From NCBI GenBank assembly GCA_000004985.1, contig GG738871.1: 64,000 nucleotides of DNA. One strand, 5' to 3'. Below the pieces are notes generated by a model that was given only the letters and a program-made list of their open reading frames with translations, was not told the DNA's origin and made no database searches. How positions within the stretch are numbered: the stretch's first letter is position 1; every line of letters begins with the position of its first letter. Source of the stretch: Naegleria gruberi. Taxonomy: Eukaryota. The position numbers were made by a program, and so were the translations under genes. Shown in pieces: positions 44,953 to 55,296 of this stretch.

Positions 44953-45981
44953 AATGTCTCAATCAGCCCGTGAGCAATCTTCATCGATGAATCAAATCTC
45001 AACCAGTGAGGCTTTAAATTCCTTGCAAGGAAATGAGGATGTGTTCGAAAATTTATTAATCACTCTGAGAAGTAGGTATCACCAATCTGTTTATTTGGAA
45101 TTATTCTAATCATTTTCCAGCACTTCAAATGCAAAACAAGCGTTTGATCGATTTTCAAATATCAAGGTAAGTTTCTTCACAAATTTTCAAAGGCTAAAAT
45201 GTAAAAAGTTACAAGTGGCATCTTCAACATCATGACAATATTAAAAAGATAATTAAAGGATTGAACATGTTGGGAGAGTCATTCGAAAGATATGGAATTG
45301 AAGGATTTAATATTACTCCAACAGAAGATGTCAATTTAAGAGAGTAAGTAAAACTTTATTTAACTCAATCGGTGATGAAACAACAATCGAATAGGAAAAC
45401 ATTGGAAATTGCAAATTCATTGAACATTATACCTCCTGATTTTCAAGAAAACTCAAGAAGTGTTGCAAAGAGTAAAACCACAAGTAGGGAATCTAAAAGT
45501 GATCCGTTTGAAGAAAAGCTTACAAACCTTCATTCAATTGTTGTTGGATTCTTCAAAAAGTCAAATGTATCATCTCTTGAAAGAGAAGCATTCGAAAGAG
45601 AACTGAAATCCATTTCTGATATTGAGACCTTCTCAACTCTGAAAGAAGAGTCCTACTGCACTGTCTTTCCAATTTTTGCTTCATGGTTTAAAAAGGTTGA
45701 CAGTATTAGATATGGATTGATTTATATTTATGAAGGGTTGAGAATTTTCCCAAATGCTTTCACTAGGCGTGCCAATCTTGCATCAATGAAAGAAATTGTG
45801 AATGGTAAGTTTAAGTTAAAGTGAAATGTTAACTTTGTGTAAAGCTTTGGAAGGTCTAACACATGCAGACTTCGATTCAGTTAGTGGCTTTACAGTTGAA
45901 GAAATCACTAGTGCATATGACATTCTCATTAAGCAAATCAGAAACATTGAAGGAGGATTTATTTCAGTAGAGGATTTCTAG
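44953..45981 (+). CDS. Hypothetical multi-exon gene with five proposed exons: 44953..45070, 45120..45165, 45208..~45343, 45395..45804, 45845..45981. It needs a 1-nt frame correction near 45300.
   Basis: Exons link by GTAGGT/GTAAGT donors and AG acceptors in consistent phases only if one A of the run at 45300..45302 is removed. Otherwise exon 3 hits TAA at 45308. The large exon (ORF 45372..45824) and the terminal exon ...ALEGLTHADFDSV...SVEDF are robust. Confidence 0.35.
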
Positions 45982-46041
45982 TAGTTTCAACTTGTGGCCA
46001 CAATTCAATAATATTTGAACATCACAAAATATCTTTAAAAA

Positions 46042-46791
46042 ATGGCCACACTCTTTAGACTTCAAGACGATCACATCAACGATCTTGTTTTTATTAATAA
46101 ATTAACTCCGGAATGTAGGTGTAGATTCATCAGATCACAATAATTTTATTATATAATAATATAAAGCATTGGAGGATTTATGTAGAGTTTCTATTGAATT
46201 TATTACTAAAGGATCTTTGAAGAAATCAATTCAACAAACAGCAGGTATGGATAATTTGGATGTACATAATAATAATAATAAATGTGGAATTAAATAGCAA
46301 ATCTTTCATTGGAAAAGGATGATGTTGAGAAGGGAGTAAAAAGTTTATCATATTTATTTTCCGATTGTGCTAAAGCAAATTTGGATGGTAACAAATTCCA
46401 ATTAACAATCTTTGATATCCCTTCACTTTCAGATCAATCTGCTGGAATTTTACTTAATTATTATGAACAAAATTTCCAAAATATTCGTACCTTGTTCTCT
46501 AAAGCAAGTAGTACTGAATCATGTTATGGACTCAGTACAATGCCACAATATAAAGATTTGGAATGGAGATTTGAAGTGGAATGTGACAGAAGAAGTGTTA
46601 GACAATTGGTAGAACCATACTTTACATTGAAATTAATTACATCAACGACAAGTGGAGACGAAAAGAAAAATCAAGCTCAATACTTTAACTGTTCACTCCA
46701 TGAATTGAAGCATATTCACGATGTTTTGGGAGAAGCTCTCAAGGAAATGAAATCTTCTCACACCAGAAGAATCAAATATTATATCAAATAA
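46042..46791 (+). CDS. COMM-domain protein. Three exons: 46042..46114, 46167..46244, 46298..46791.
   Basis: C-terminal LEWRFEV...YFTLKL...LHELKHIHDVL resembles a COMM domain. Short introns with GTAGGT and GTATGG donors preserve phase. Confidence 0.55.
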
Positions 46792-46812
46792 ACCAAATCT
46801 TAAAAATGTATT

Positions 46813-49800
46813 TTATTTATAAGGATGGTAAATGTGTGATTTGTTTGGTCTATTAAGCGAAAAACCTTCATTGTCACTTGCTTGATTTTCATTTTCTTGC
46901 TGTTGTTGATTATGTTCTGGTCGATAGTACGTATAAAAAACATCACCAAAAGAAGATAATTGAGGAATAGATTTGGTTACAACTTCAATTCTTACCAATC
47001 CTGGAACAATTCTTTCAGGAACTGTACATACAATTCTATCACTCAATACTTGTGCAATGTTTGGAGAATCCTGTAATCCAAACATGACTCTGACAGAGTT
47101 GCCTTCCTTCTTAATTGAATCAAAATTACCTAGAATAGTTACCTCTTGTTGTCCATTGAGAGGACCTCTGTTAGGATGAATGGATGTTAATTGGAGTGAA
47201 ATATTGGATTGTTGAGGAGATGATTGATAACTATTGTTATTGCTAGTTGTTTGTTGAGGGTGATGATGATAAATTGGACTAGTATTAGGGGATGTGAAGG
47301 GATGGTGGTGAGTAGGATACTGATTGGATGGAAACATTGTTTGTTGGTTATTGGAATTATTGGAAATGCTACCATTTGAATTAGAATAATGATGGTGAAT
47401 CATTGATCCACTGTTACTGGAATTATTATTGTTGTAGTTTTGCAAGTTTGGTCTATTTGTAGTGGAATTGTGAATGTTATTAGAAGAGGAATTATCTTGT
47501 GAATTATTGGAGCTATGTCTATATCCATCATTTTGGAAAGGTGTCATAGAATTCATGGAAGGAGATTGAACATTTGCAACCTTTGTTCTTGCAGAGAAGG
47601 AATGTTGTTGCTGTTGGTTGACTGATGAAGTCTCATGATGATTATTCATATTATTGGTATTAGGCATTGCACTAGATGATTGAGAAGAGCTAGAAACATT
47701 GGTTGTACTTGTGGCGACTGGATTGTTTCCAATAGCTCTCAAATCTTGTGGTCTCGAACAAACATAGAATTTAGACGAATTAACCTTCTTGATAATCTTA
47801 TTGCTCATTGAAAACTCTGCTGAAATCCAAATTAGTTTTTGAGTTTCAGGTCTACCAGAAGTGAAAGGAAGTTTCTTTCTGAATTGTGCCTCATAAACAT
47901 CATCTTCATCAATAGAAAGTGTGCACTTAGCATTCTTCAACACTTCAGCAACCTTTGATGGATTCAACTTTGTGAATGAATCTACAAATGAAAGTGTTTC
48001 CATTACTTTAGTTTCAGTGTTTCCCTCCTTTGTGCAATAAACTGTACAAGTATCAAATACAAATGAAGAGATTACCTGTATGGTAATTACGTTTCTTTGA
48101 ACCCAATACTTGATACCATTCTTTTCCTTCTGAGATCCATCAATAATTTGAACAGTTGCAAATGATATGTTTTCATCATCTGAATCACTGCCTCCACTAA
48201 ATTCCTCAGAACCACTACTTGAATTATTCATACTGTTTGAACTTGCCTCTCTACTACCATTATTATTGTTGTTACTACTGTTTCCTCCTCCATTATTACT
48301 GGTCGAGTTATTTCTACGTTCAGAACTATTTGAAGAACCACCTCCATTTTGAGAATTACCAGATGATTCACCACTACCAGATACAGTTAACACATTTACA
48401 GGAGGCATTGGATAGGCATCTTCATTTTGATCTTCCTCTGATGAGACATCTTCTCTTTCATCTCCACTACTATTACTACTATTACCTCCGTCACTGCTGA
48501 GTCTTTCACTGCTACTACTTGTACCATTTCCACTACTGCCACCTTGATAATCCTCTGTTGTTGAATGATTGGATTTACCACTCGGAGAAATGAATGGTGT
48601 GAAAACAAGTTTGTTTAGTGAAATTTTTGATTTCATAGAATTGAATAGTTTGGAGAAGATGGTAAGAGCAGTAGGTACTCTCATAACACCACCCTGTACA
48701 AGGAAGTCCTTCTTCTTCTTTTGACTACTTTCATTTGACATGCTTTGTTGCTGTTGTTCAACAGGTTGGTGAATTTCTTCATCATTATTGGCAGTAGTGG
48801 ATGAATTGAGCAACATATCTTTGCTTGTTGCTTGGCCATTCTCTGATAATGTCTTTTTCATATCAGAGGAATGAGATTGCTCATTTGAAGATGACTTTGA
48901 TTGACTCTCCTGTCCAGAAGAGCTTGAACAATCATCACTTTCACTATTAGTAGCTGGAGATTGAGAGTGGATGTTTCTGTAACCACTACTTGCACTCATG
49001 GATTTCTCATGGTAGCTTGAAAGTGAATCACTGGAAGAAACATCAGTGGTAGAATCTTCTTCACCACTGCTACTGCCACTGTTTGATTCTTCATCTTTGA
49101 AATCTATTGTCTGATTATTGTTCTCTTGTTTCTTAGTGGTTGTTACGAGTCGGGAAATGTTGGTTTGGAGGAACTTTTGGTGCTTGCTCTTTGACTTGAT
49201 AAACTTTCTTGAAGAGGAAACGAGTCCATCATCATCTATAGCCACAGTAGCCTCATCCTCACTTTCATCAACATTCAAAACCCTAGGTCTAAACAATTCC
49301 ACTTGTATTTCATGTGAAGTTATTGTTGTTATCCATTTAATCTCAATGTAGGACTTGAAATCTGGGGACGGAGATAGTTTATCAAGAATTGAATAAATAT
49401 AGGAAGTTGGAAAGGTATCAATGGTATTGTATGTGGAGGTTGATTGAGATTTAATTTTAGCTGCATGATGGTTGTGGTGTGTTTTAATTTTGTTTTGATT
49501 ATTATTATTCGTCATTGTTGCGAAAGACTTTCTTCTCTTATCAAACAATAACTGTGATGATTGTGGAGGAGGTAGATTGGTTGTTGTTGTTTGTACGGAT
49601 GAAGAAGCAGCTATCACAGATGGAACGAATTGTTGTTGAGTATTTTCAGAATACTGAAGCAATGAATCATGAAATCTCTTTGAATGACGACTTGTTTTAC
49701 TACCACAATGTTTTGAAAATTGATGTTGTTGCAATTTCCAAGAATTAACGTTATGTACTGGTGGTGGAGTAGTATTGTTAAAGGGATGCTTTGAAAGCTT

Positions 49801-50076
49801 GTCCTCTGTTGTTGGTGATTTTTTAATCATCCAAGCTGAATTTTGAGATTCAATCTGCTGCTTTGTGTCGCAACCTGTGTTGTTTGTAAATATTCTCGCA
49901 GGCTCAAGTTTGCGAGTTTGGCTGAATTTGTTATTGTTAACGGAGTATTCAAAACAGCAACAACAATAAAAAGAAGAAGAGAAATATTGGTGTGGGTTAG
50001 TTGGGATGGATTCAAATTGAAATGTAAACCTACACAAAGATCTTCTCTGCTTCCGTGCTATCAGCAAATACTGCAT
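46813..50076 (-). CDS. Giant N/Q/S-rich protein, 1087 aa, with a C-terminal IPT/TIG domain and a central beta-rich domain; putative DNA-binding or transcription regulator.
   Basis: C-terminus IHPNRGPLNGQQEVTILGNF...VRVMFG...IVCTVPERIVPGLVRIEVV is IPT/TIG-like. Long poly-N and poly-Q linkers. The first ~80 aa are atypical (CCCC), so the true start may be an internal Met. Confidence 0.55.
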   Translation of the reverse strand: MQYLLIARKQRRSLCRFTFQFESIPTNPHQYFSSSFYCCCCFEYSVNNNKFSQTRKLEPARIFTNNTGCDTKQQIESQNSAWMIKKSPTTEDKLSKHPFNNTTPPPVHNVNSWKLQQHQFSKHCGSKTSRHSKRFHDSLLQYSENTQQQFVPSVIAASSSVQTTTTNLPPPQSSQLLFDKRRKSFATMTNNNNQNKIKTHHNHHAAKIKSQSTSTYNTIDTFPTSYIYSILDKLSPSPDFKSYIEIKWITTITSHEIQVELFRPRVLNVDESEDEATVAIDDDGLVSSSRKFIKSKSKHQKFLQTNISRLVTTTKKQENNNQTIDFKDEESNSGSSSGEEDSTTDVSSSDSLSSYHEKSMSASSGYRNIHSQSPATNSESDDCSSSSGQESQSKSSSNEQSHSSDMKKTLSENGQATSKDMLLNSSTTANNDEEIHQPVEQQQQSMSNESSQKKKKDFLVQGGVMRVPTALTIFSKLFNSMKSKISLNKLVFTPFISPSGKSNHSTTEDYQGGSSGNGTSSSSERLSSDGGNSSNSSGDEREDVSSEEDQNEDAYPMPPVNVLTVSGSGESSGNSQNGGGSSNSSERRNNSTSNNGGGNSSNNNNNGSREASSNSMNNSSSGSEEFSGGSDSDDENISFATVQIIDGSQKEKNGIKYWVQRNVITIQVISSFVFDTCTVYCTKEGNTETKVMETLSFVDSFTKLNPSKVAEVLKNAKCTLSIDEDDVYEAQFRKKLPFTSGRPETQKLIWISAEFSMSNKIIKKVNSSKFYVCSRPQDLRAIGNNPVATSTTNVSSSSQSSSAMPNTNNMNNHHETSSVNQQQQHSFSARTKVANVQSPSMNSMTPFQNDGYRHSSNNSQDNSSSNNIHNSTTNRPNLQNYNNNNSSNSGSMIHHHYSNSNGSISNNSNNQQTMFPSNQYPTHHHPFTSPNTSPIYHHHPQQTTSNNNSYQSSPQQSNISLQLTSIHPNRGPLNGQQEVTILGNFDSIKKEGNSVRVMFGLQDSPNIAQVLSDRIVCTVPERIVPGLVRIEVVTKSIPQLSSFGDVFYTYYRPEHNQQQQENENQASDNEGFSLNRPNKSHIYHPYK

Positions 50077-50473
50077 GGTAGGTTACCATGGCTTTATCGC
50101 AAATTTTTTTATGTTCTCCCCTTACGAGATTTTATTAATTACCAACAAATTTGCATAATAAATAGATCAAGCAAACATTCTCAAAATTTGAGATCAATCC
50201 CGAGCGAGCTGCGCTACTTGAAGTGGTACCAAGCTTGGTTTGTCCAAGCCACAAACTACCAAAAACATCTTAGACACTCTCCCAATCACAAAAAACAAAA
50301 TGATGACTATTCTTTCAGAAAATGAATCATAGTTTTTAATTTTCCTTATGTATTGAAATAAGGATGTATTATCTGAACATAATTCGGAACAAATAATTTT
50401 CTCTGCTAGGGGCAATACAAAATAACTGTTAGTTTTGAAAGGTGGAATTTACGAAAATCCATTGTACAAAAAA

Positions 50474-52070
50474 ATGCTTATTGGAACGGAAGCAGATTCA
50501 TCATTGGACCATCACCAACATAAAATGTTGCTTGATGATATGGTGCTAGTTTCATCACCATCATCAAACAACGCGGAAGAAGAGCACGAAGAAGAACAAT
50601 TAAAATTATTATCATCACCAAGTTCTAATGAAAGTTTAATAACAATGGTCTCATCGTCAATGGATGATACTACATCAAATCTAGTGAAGCCGACACCCAA
50701 AATCATGGAATCAAGAATTTACTTTCATCAAAATTCACAATTATTATTTCTAAATTTTGAAGATTTTTACTTGGAAACACAAGAGGACGTTGATGTTGTG
50801 ATTAAATTTATTGAATTAACATTTACAAATTATTTAGCGGATGAGGAGTTACAAAGAAAGATACAGTCCAATAGTATAAATCGAAGAAATAGTTTCATAA
50901 AGGAAAAACCAAATAATTCAAAGAAAAAGACAAATATTGATGTTTATATTTGTTATGATAGATTTCATTGCCAACTTGATTTACTAAAATACTATTCCGA
51001 AAAAGTAGCCTATCTAGAGGCTAATTATTATAGATCAGTGAAGAGATTCACAACGGAATCACTAGAGGATAAATTATTGAAAAAGTTTGAAAGTGTTTTG
51101 GAACAACAAGAACATGTCGATGAACCAATAATTCAAAATTTTGAAATGTTGAATGGACGATACATTATCCAATCAGAACATTTAATAGCTAGAGGTACTT
51201 TTGGAAGGTAAGTAATACATCACCAAATATGCATTCCGAACTAAAATTATTTAGGGTATTCCTTGGACAGGATAAATTAACAGGAGATTTGGTAGCAGTA
51301 AAGGAATTAAAAAGAAAAAACATTGACAGTGTTGAAGGTTTGAAAGAACTTATTGATAAGGAATTGAAAATTTGTAAATTATTATCACAATCCCTAAAGG
51401 ATGGTGAATCACATATTGGAAAAAAGTATATTTGTAAAATATATGATGTAATTGATACAGAACCCTTCCATTATATTGTAATGGAGTATTTAGCTAATGG
51501 ATCACTTGAGAATCCTCTTGAGGAAAGAGAAACATTCCCACCCGAAGTTGCAAAGAAATATATCAAACAGTTATCCTATGCACTTGATTATATTCATAGT
51601 ACACTAAATATATGCCATCGTGATATTCAATTGGCTAATTTATGTTTGGATGCACATGGAAATATCAAGCTTGTAGATTTTGGATTGAGGTAAGTTCAAA
51701 TTATTGAAAAATAATTATTGACTTTCAAAGTGATTTCTTTACCAAAGAGGCAACAACTCATAATTCATTTTGTGGAAATTATGCATCTCCTGAAATGATT
51801 TTAGCGACTAAATATATAGGATACGAGGGAGATTGTTATGGAATGGGACTTTTATTGTATAAATTATTATCAGGATTTTTCCCATTTCGTTCAAGTGTAG
51901 ATAAGATTGTAGAACAATACTACATTCCATTGGATGAATTGGAAAGGGAAGGTACATTGAATGAATCCAGTATATCCTTAATTAAAGGTCTTTTAGAAAA
52001 AGATCCTTGTAAAAGATTAACAACAAAAGATGTCATTAATCATGAATGGTTACAAGATGTTGAAGTTTAA
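50474..52070 (+). CDS. Ser/Thr protein kinase (CAMK-like) with a ~240-aa N-terminal region. Three exons: 50474..51207, 51255..51689, 51731..52070.
   Basis: GTFGR-VFLG...VAVKEL, HRDIQLANL and DFGL-S...CGNYASPEM join across GTAAGT introns of 47 and 41 nt. The ORF-track start at 50435 is TTG. Confidence 0.8.
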
Positions 52071-52088
52071 ATTAAATTATTGTGATAT

Positions 52089-52619
52089 TTACAAAAAGGA
52101 TCTACCCCTATTATGAAAATGTTCCACAGTTATTGGTTGCTTATCAGCTTGAATTTCTCTTCTTCTCGTTTCTTCCCTTTGTTGTTGTAATTTCATATTT
52201 TCCACCATTAAGGACTTCATATATTCTCTCCTCTTTTCATTACTAGTATTGGCATGAATATATCTATCTCTAGGTGTCTCCCTTGGTTTAATTTCAGAGA
52301 GTGGAGCTGTCTTTGGTCTCGTGTCCACAACATTCGGAATTTGTTTTATGAATGTCTTTTCCTTTACTACATTCTCGTGTTCTTTTCTTCCTTTTAATTC
52401 CAAATGACGATCATAATCTTGTTTCCTTTGTTTTTGAAGTTGTAACTGCTCCTCCCTAGTGCCAGCAATGGCTTGTCTTCTCGATTCCTCTATTTGCTTC
52501 ATCTTGGTTCGTTTTGCCTCAATGTTCTGAATTTCACGTTGATAGTCCTTCTCAACAGTTTGGCAATTTGTGATTGAGCACTTTCTCGGAACGAACAATC
52601 TACTTCTAGTTGTCTCCAT
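52089..52619 (-). CDS. Hypothetical charged coiled-coil protein, 176 aa.
   Basis: Single ORF with a real ATG, K/E/R/Q-rich. Confidence 0.4.
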   Translation of the reverse strand: METTRSRLFVPRKCSITNCQTVEKDYQREIQNIEAKRTKMKQIEESRRQAIAGTREEQLQLQKQRKQDYDRHLELKGRKEHENVVKEKTFIKQIPNVVDTRPKTAPLSEIKPRETPRDRYIHANTSNEKRREYMKSLMVENMKLQQQREETRRREIQADKQPITVEHFHNRGRSFL

Positions 52620-53104
52620 TCTTTTAAGTGTAATAGTATTACAGGTTCTGTACAGTGTGTGGTGGTGTTGTTTTGGAGATTGCTTTTAATTTACACAAGT
52701 CATTAACAAATGTGTGTAAAGCAAATATAGATTTGATGGTAAAGACTTTTTTTTTGGTATTGAGAAGTTAATTGGTGAGGAATATTCTGTAAACTGAATT
52801 ATACAGCTTTGTGGTATAGGTATTGATTGTGAAAGTTTTATTGCTCTTAGGAGTGCAAGAGATGATCAACCATGAAGTGCTGTCCTTCAACTTCTATTCG
52901 AGTATGAAATTAACATATAAAAATGATTTTCGAATCCAACGAAGAGAATAAATGTAGAGATATCACCTCAAAGTGAAAGTGCTTTATTAAGGCTTTTGAG
53001 TCGTTAATAGGAATATTAAAATAATTCAATAAATTATTAAGAGATATTAATTTCAGTATTACGTATTTGTTTTTGATTTCTTATAACCGTTTTTACAGTT
53101 TGTA

Positions 53105-53117
53105 TTTGGCGCCAAAA
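53105..53117. promoter_or_regulatory. E2F-like palindrome TTTGGCGCCAAAA, 34 nt upstream of the 53151 ATG.
   Basis: Same motif as the 29967 site. Confidence 0.35.
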
Positions 53118-53150
53118 TTTATAAAAATAAATGAATCAAACATTAAATAA

Positions 53151-54152
53151 ATGTATGCAAAACGAATGCTTACTCGCTCACCCTCATCATCAAATGTTAA
53201 TAGTACAAATGAGTATATTGAATACCAGGATGGATCAATAGCCGTCATGAATCACAATGAAACTGTAGAGGAAATTAATAACCGAATAAAAGAAGAAAAA
53301 AGAAGGAAGGAAGAAGAACGATTAAAAAAGCTGAGAATTGAAACAGCAAAAAGGAGGAAACGACAAGAACAAATTGATGCGGAATTAAAAGAAAAGAAGG
53401 AAAATGAAATTGAAAAAGCTTTACAGGACAGGAAAAAACAAATAGAGGCTTCGAAATTAAGGAAAAACAGCAAAACACCCGAATGTATAACAACAACAAA
53501 TGGAGGTAAAAGCATCAGGCCTACACCTGCTGTGGCTGATATAACGAAAAAACAAATTAGACATTTGAACATTTTAGAATCTCTTGATTTACAAGGAATT
53601 ACATCGAGTACTGACATGTTTCTTGTTGCTGAGAAGATGTCGAAAAGATCGAGTGTCAGAGAATCGGAGGCAGCTCATGCCATAAAAATGATTGAGATTA
53701 CTTCGGCTAGATCACCAAATCCAACAAAAGAAATTCCCTTAGAATCGCCTTCCAACAAGACAAAGAGAGTGAGGATACAAATAGTGGAGGAAGAGAAACG
53801 AAAGACCTCTCCTCGAAATAATGATCTGAAACTTCCTCAAATTAAAACCCGACCAACTGAAGCAGTTGCCGAAAAGAAGATTGAGAAAAAGAAAAAGCTT
53901 GTGGCACCACATACAGGTGTCTCGATAGATATAGAAAAAATAGAGAAGGATATTGCATTAATTGATAAGGCACTTTTAGAAAAATATCAAAGTTTAAGGA
54001 ATATTGATAATAACGTACTGAAACGAGTGAATACAAGCGACAGGTCTGATAGAAAGGACTCTACACCATCACCCACACAAAATAATCCAAAGAAAATTTC
54101 CAAACCAAAGCGAGCTAAACCTGTTTTATCAACAAGGCAACGAAAATTTTGA
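53151..54152 (+). CDS. Lys/Glu-rich hypothetical protein, 333 aa.
   Basis: Long charged ORF, probably a nuclear coiled-coil protein. Confidence 0.45.
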   Translation: MYAKRMLTRSPSSSNVNSTNEYIEYQDGSIAVMNHNETVEEINNRIKEEKRRKEEERLKKLRIETAKRRKRQEQIDAELKEKKENEIEKALQDRKKQIEASKLRKNSKTPECITTTNGGKSIRPTPAVADITKKQIRHLNILESLDLQGITSSTDMFLVAEKMSKRSSVRESEAAHAIKMIEITSARSPNPTKEIPLESPSNKTKRVRIQIVEEEKRKTSPRNNDLKLPQIKTRPTEAVAEKKIEKKKKLVAPHTGVSIDIEKIEKDIALIDKALLEKYQSLRNIDNNVLKRVNTSDRSDRKDSTPSPTQNNPKKISKPKRAKPVLSTRQRKF

Positions 54153-54196
54153 TAAATTAGTACAATTAATTTATTTCCTAGTTGAATTGTTTAGAT

Positions 54197-55153
54197 TTAG
54201 TTTGATTCTTCAATTGAGATTTCTTCACTCTTGTCTTCAGACTTAGTTTCTTCTGGCTTTTCTTCTTCAGACTTGGTTTCCTCACCTTCTTCTGATGGGG
54301 TAGTATTTTCTTGAACTGGTTCCTCCTCATCATCAAAGATACCACCTTCTTTTGGTTCTTCTTCTTCAGTTGGAGTTTCTTCAACAATCACTGATTGAGC
54401 CTTAGCTTTTCTTGGACTAAAAACATTTACAACACCTTGGAATAAATTCTTAAAACCATATTGAGCTTTTTCAAGTAAACTAATATTGAGTTGATCTGGT
54501 GTATAACCTCTCTTAAGGTTTCTTTCTATGTACACATCTCTATCCTTTACAATTCTCATAATGAGATCACTAGTGGAAACACCTTCAGTTCTCTTAATAG
54601 TTAAAAATCTGTGCATTTCCTTCAATCCAGCATAAACATCATTACCATTTTCATCAACGGAAAGATCTTCACCATGTGAAACGAAATCAATGTTATGTTT
54701 CAAGACAAAATCACCATCAACAACCCATGGAGCTTCCTTCACAACTTCATCAACATATCTACAGTGGGAAACACCTTCATATCTTTCGTTTTCTGTCATG
54801 ACAGTCTTTCCTTTAATTCTCCAAGTGTCAGCATCTGAACAAACACCAACAATTAAATGTGTATTTGGGAACAAATTTTTAGCTTGTTGAAGGGATCTCA
54901 TGTGACCAAAGTGGAAAAGATCATAAATACCATCGGCATATACTCTAACAGGTCTATCGAGAGGCACTCTAACTAAATTTCCTTGCATCATTCTAAATTC
55001 ATATCTTCCATCTTCTCCTTCTACAACATCACCTTCCTTGTGAGAAGAATAGTCAATTTCAAATCCCTGTTTAACCTTCTTTTGTTGTGGTTCAACTGTG
55101 TTGTTACCGTTTTGTTCTTCTGATGACGTAACCTCTTCAATGTTTCTTTTCAT
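54197..55153 (-). CDS. pcyt1: Choline-phosphate cytidylyltransferase (CCT/PCYT1).
   Basis: RVYADGIYDLFHFGHMRSLQQAK (HxGH), RYVDEVV and an acidic C-terminal tail. Confidence 0.85.
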   Translation of the reverse strand: MKRNIEEVTSSEEQNGNNTVEPQQKKVKQGFEIDYSSHKEGDVVEGEDGRYEFRMMQGNLVRVPLDRPVRVYADGIYDLFHFGHMRSLQQAKNLFPNTHLIVGVCSDADTWRIKGKTVMTENERYEGVSHCRYVDEVVKEAPWVVDGDFVLKHNIDFVSHGEDLSVDENGNDVYAGLKEMHRFLTIKRTEGVSTSDLIMRIVKDRDVYIERNLKRGYTPDQLNISLLEKAQYGFKNLFQGVVNVFSPRKAKAQSVIVEETPTEEEEPKEGGIFDDEEEPVQENTTPSEEGEETKSEEEKPEETKSEDKSEEISIEESN

Positions 55154-55178
55154 TTTTTTTCTTCTGAAAAGCCAACGG

Positions 55179-55191
55179 AAGGCGCCAAAAG
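55179..55191. promoter_or_regulatory. E2F-like site, reading TTTTGGCGCCTT on the gene strand, about 27 nt upstream of the CCT ATG.
   Basis: GGCGCC core flanked by A/T runs. Confidence 0.3.
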
Positions 55192-55296
55192 TGTATCCAA
55201 TTGTATTCTGTGATTTATGATATTCTGTAACGCTTTATGATTCTTCGTACAGAGTATCAAGTTTACAAAATGGACGATGAACCATTTCTGATTTTA

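Noticed and set aside
10680-50435. Several ORF-track Met starts at 6503, 10680, 14832, 18919/19019, 20097, 24213, 31817, 38690 and 50435.
   Set aside because: The underlying codons are TTG or GTG. In this eukaryotic context I re-anchored the starts to the first ATG or treated the codons as internal to spliced exons.
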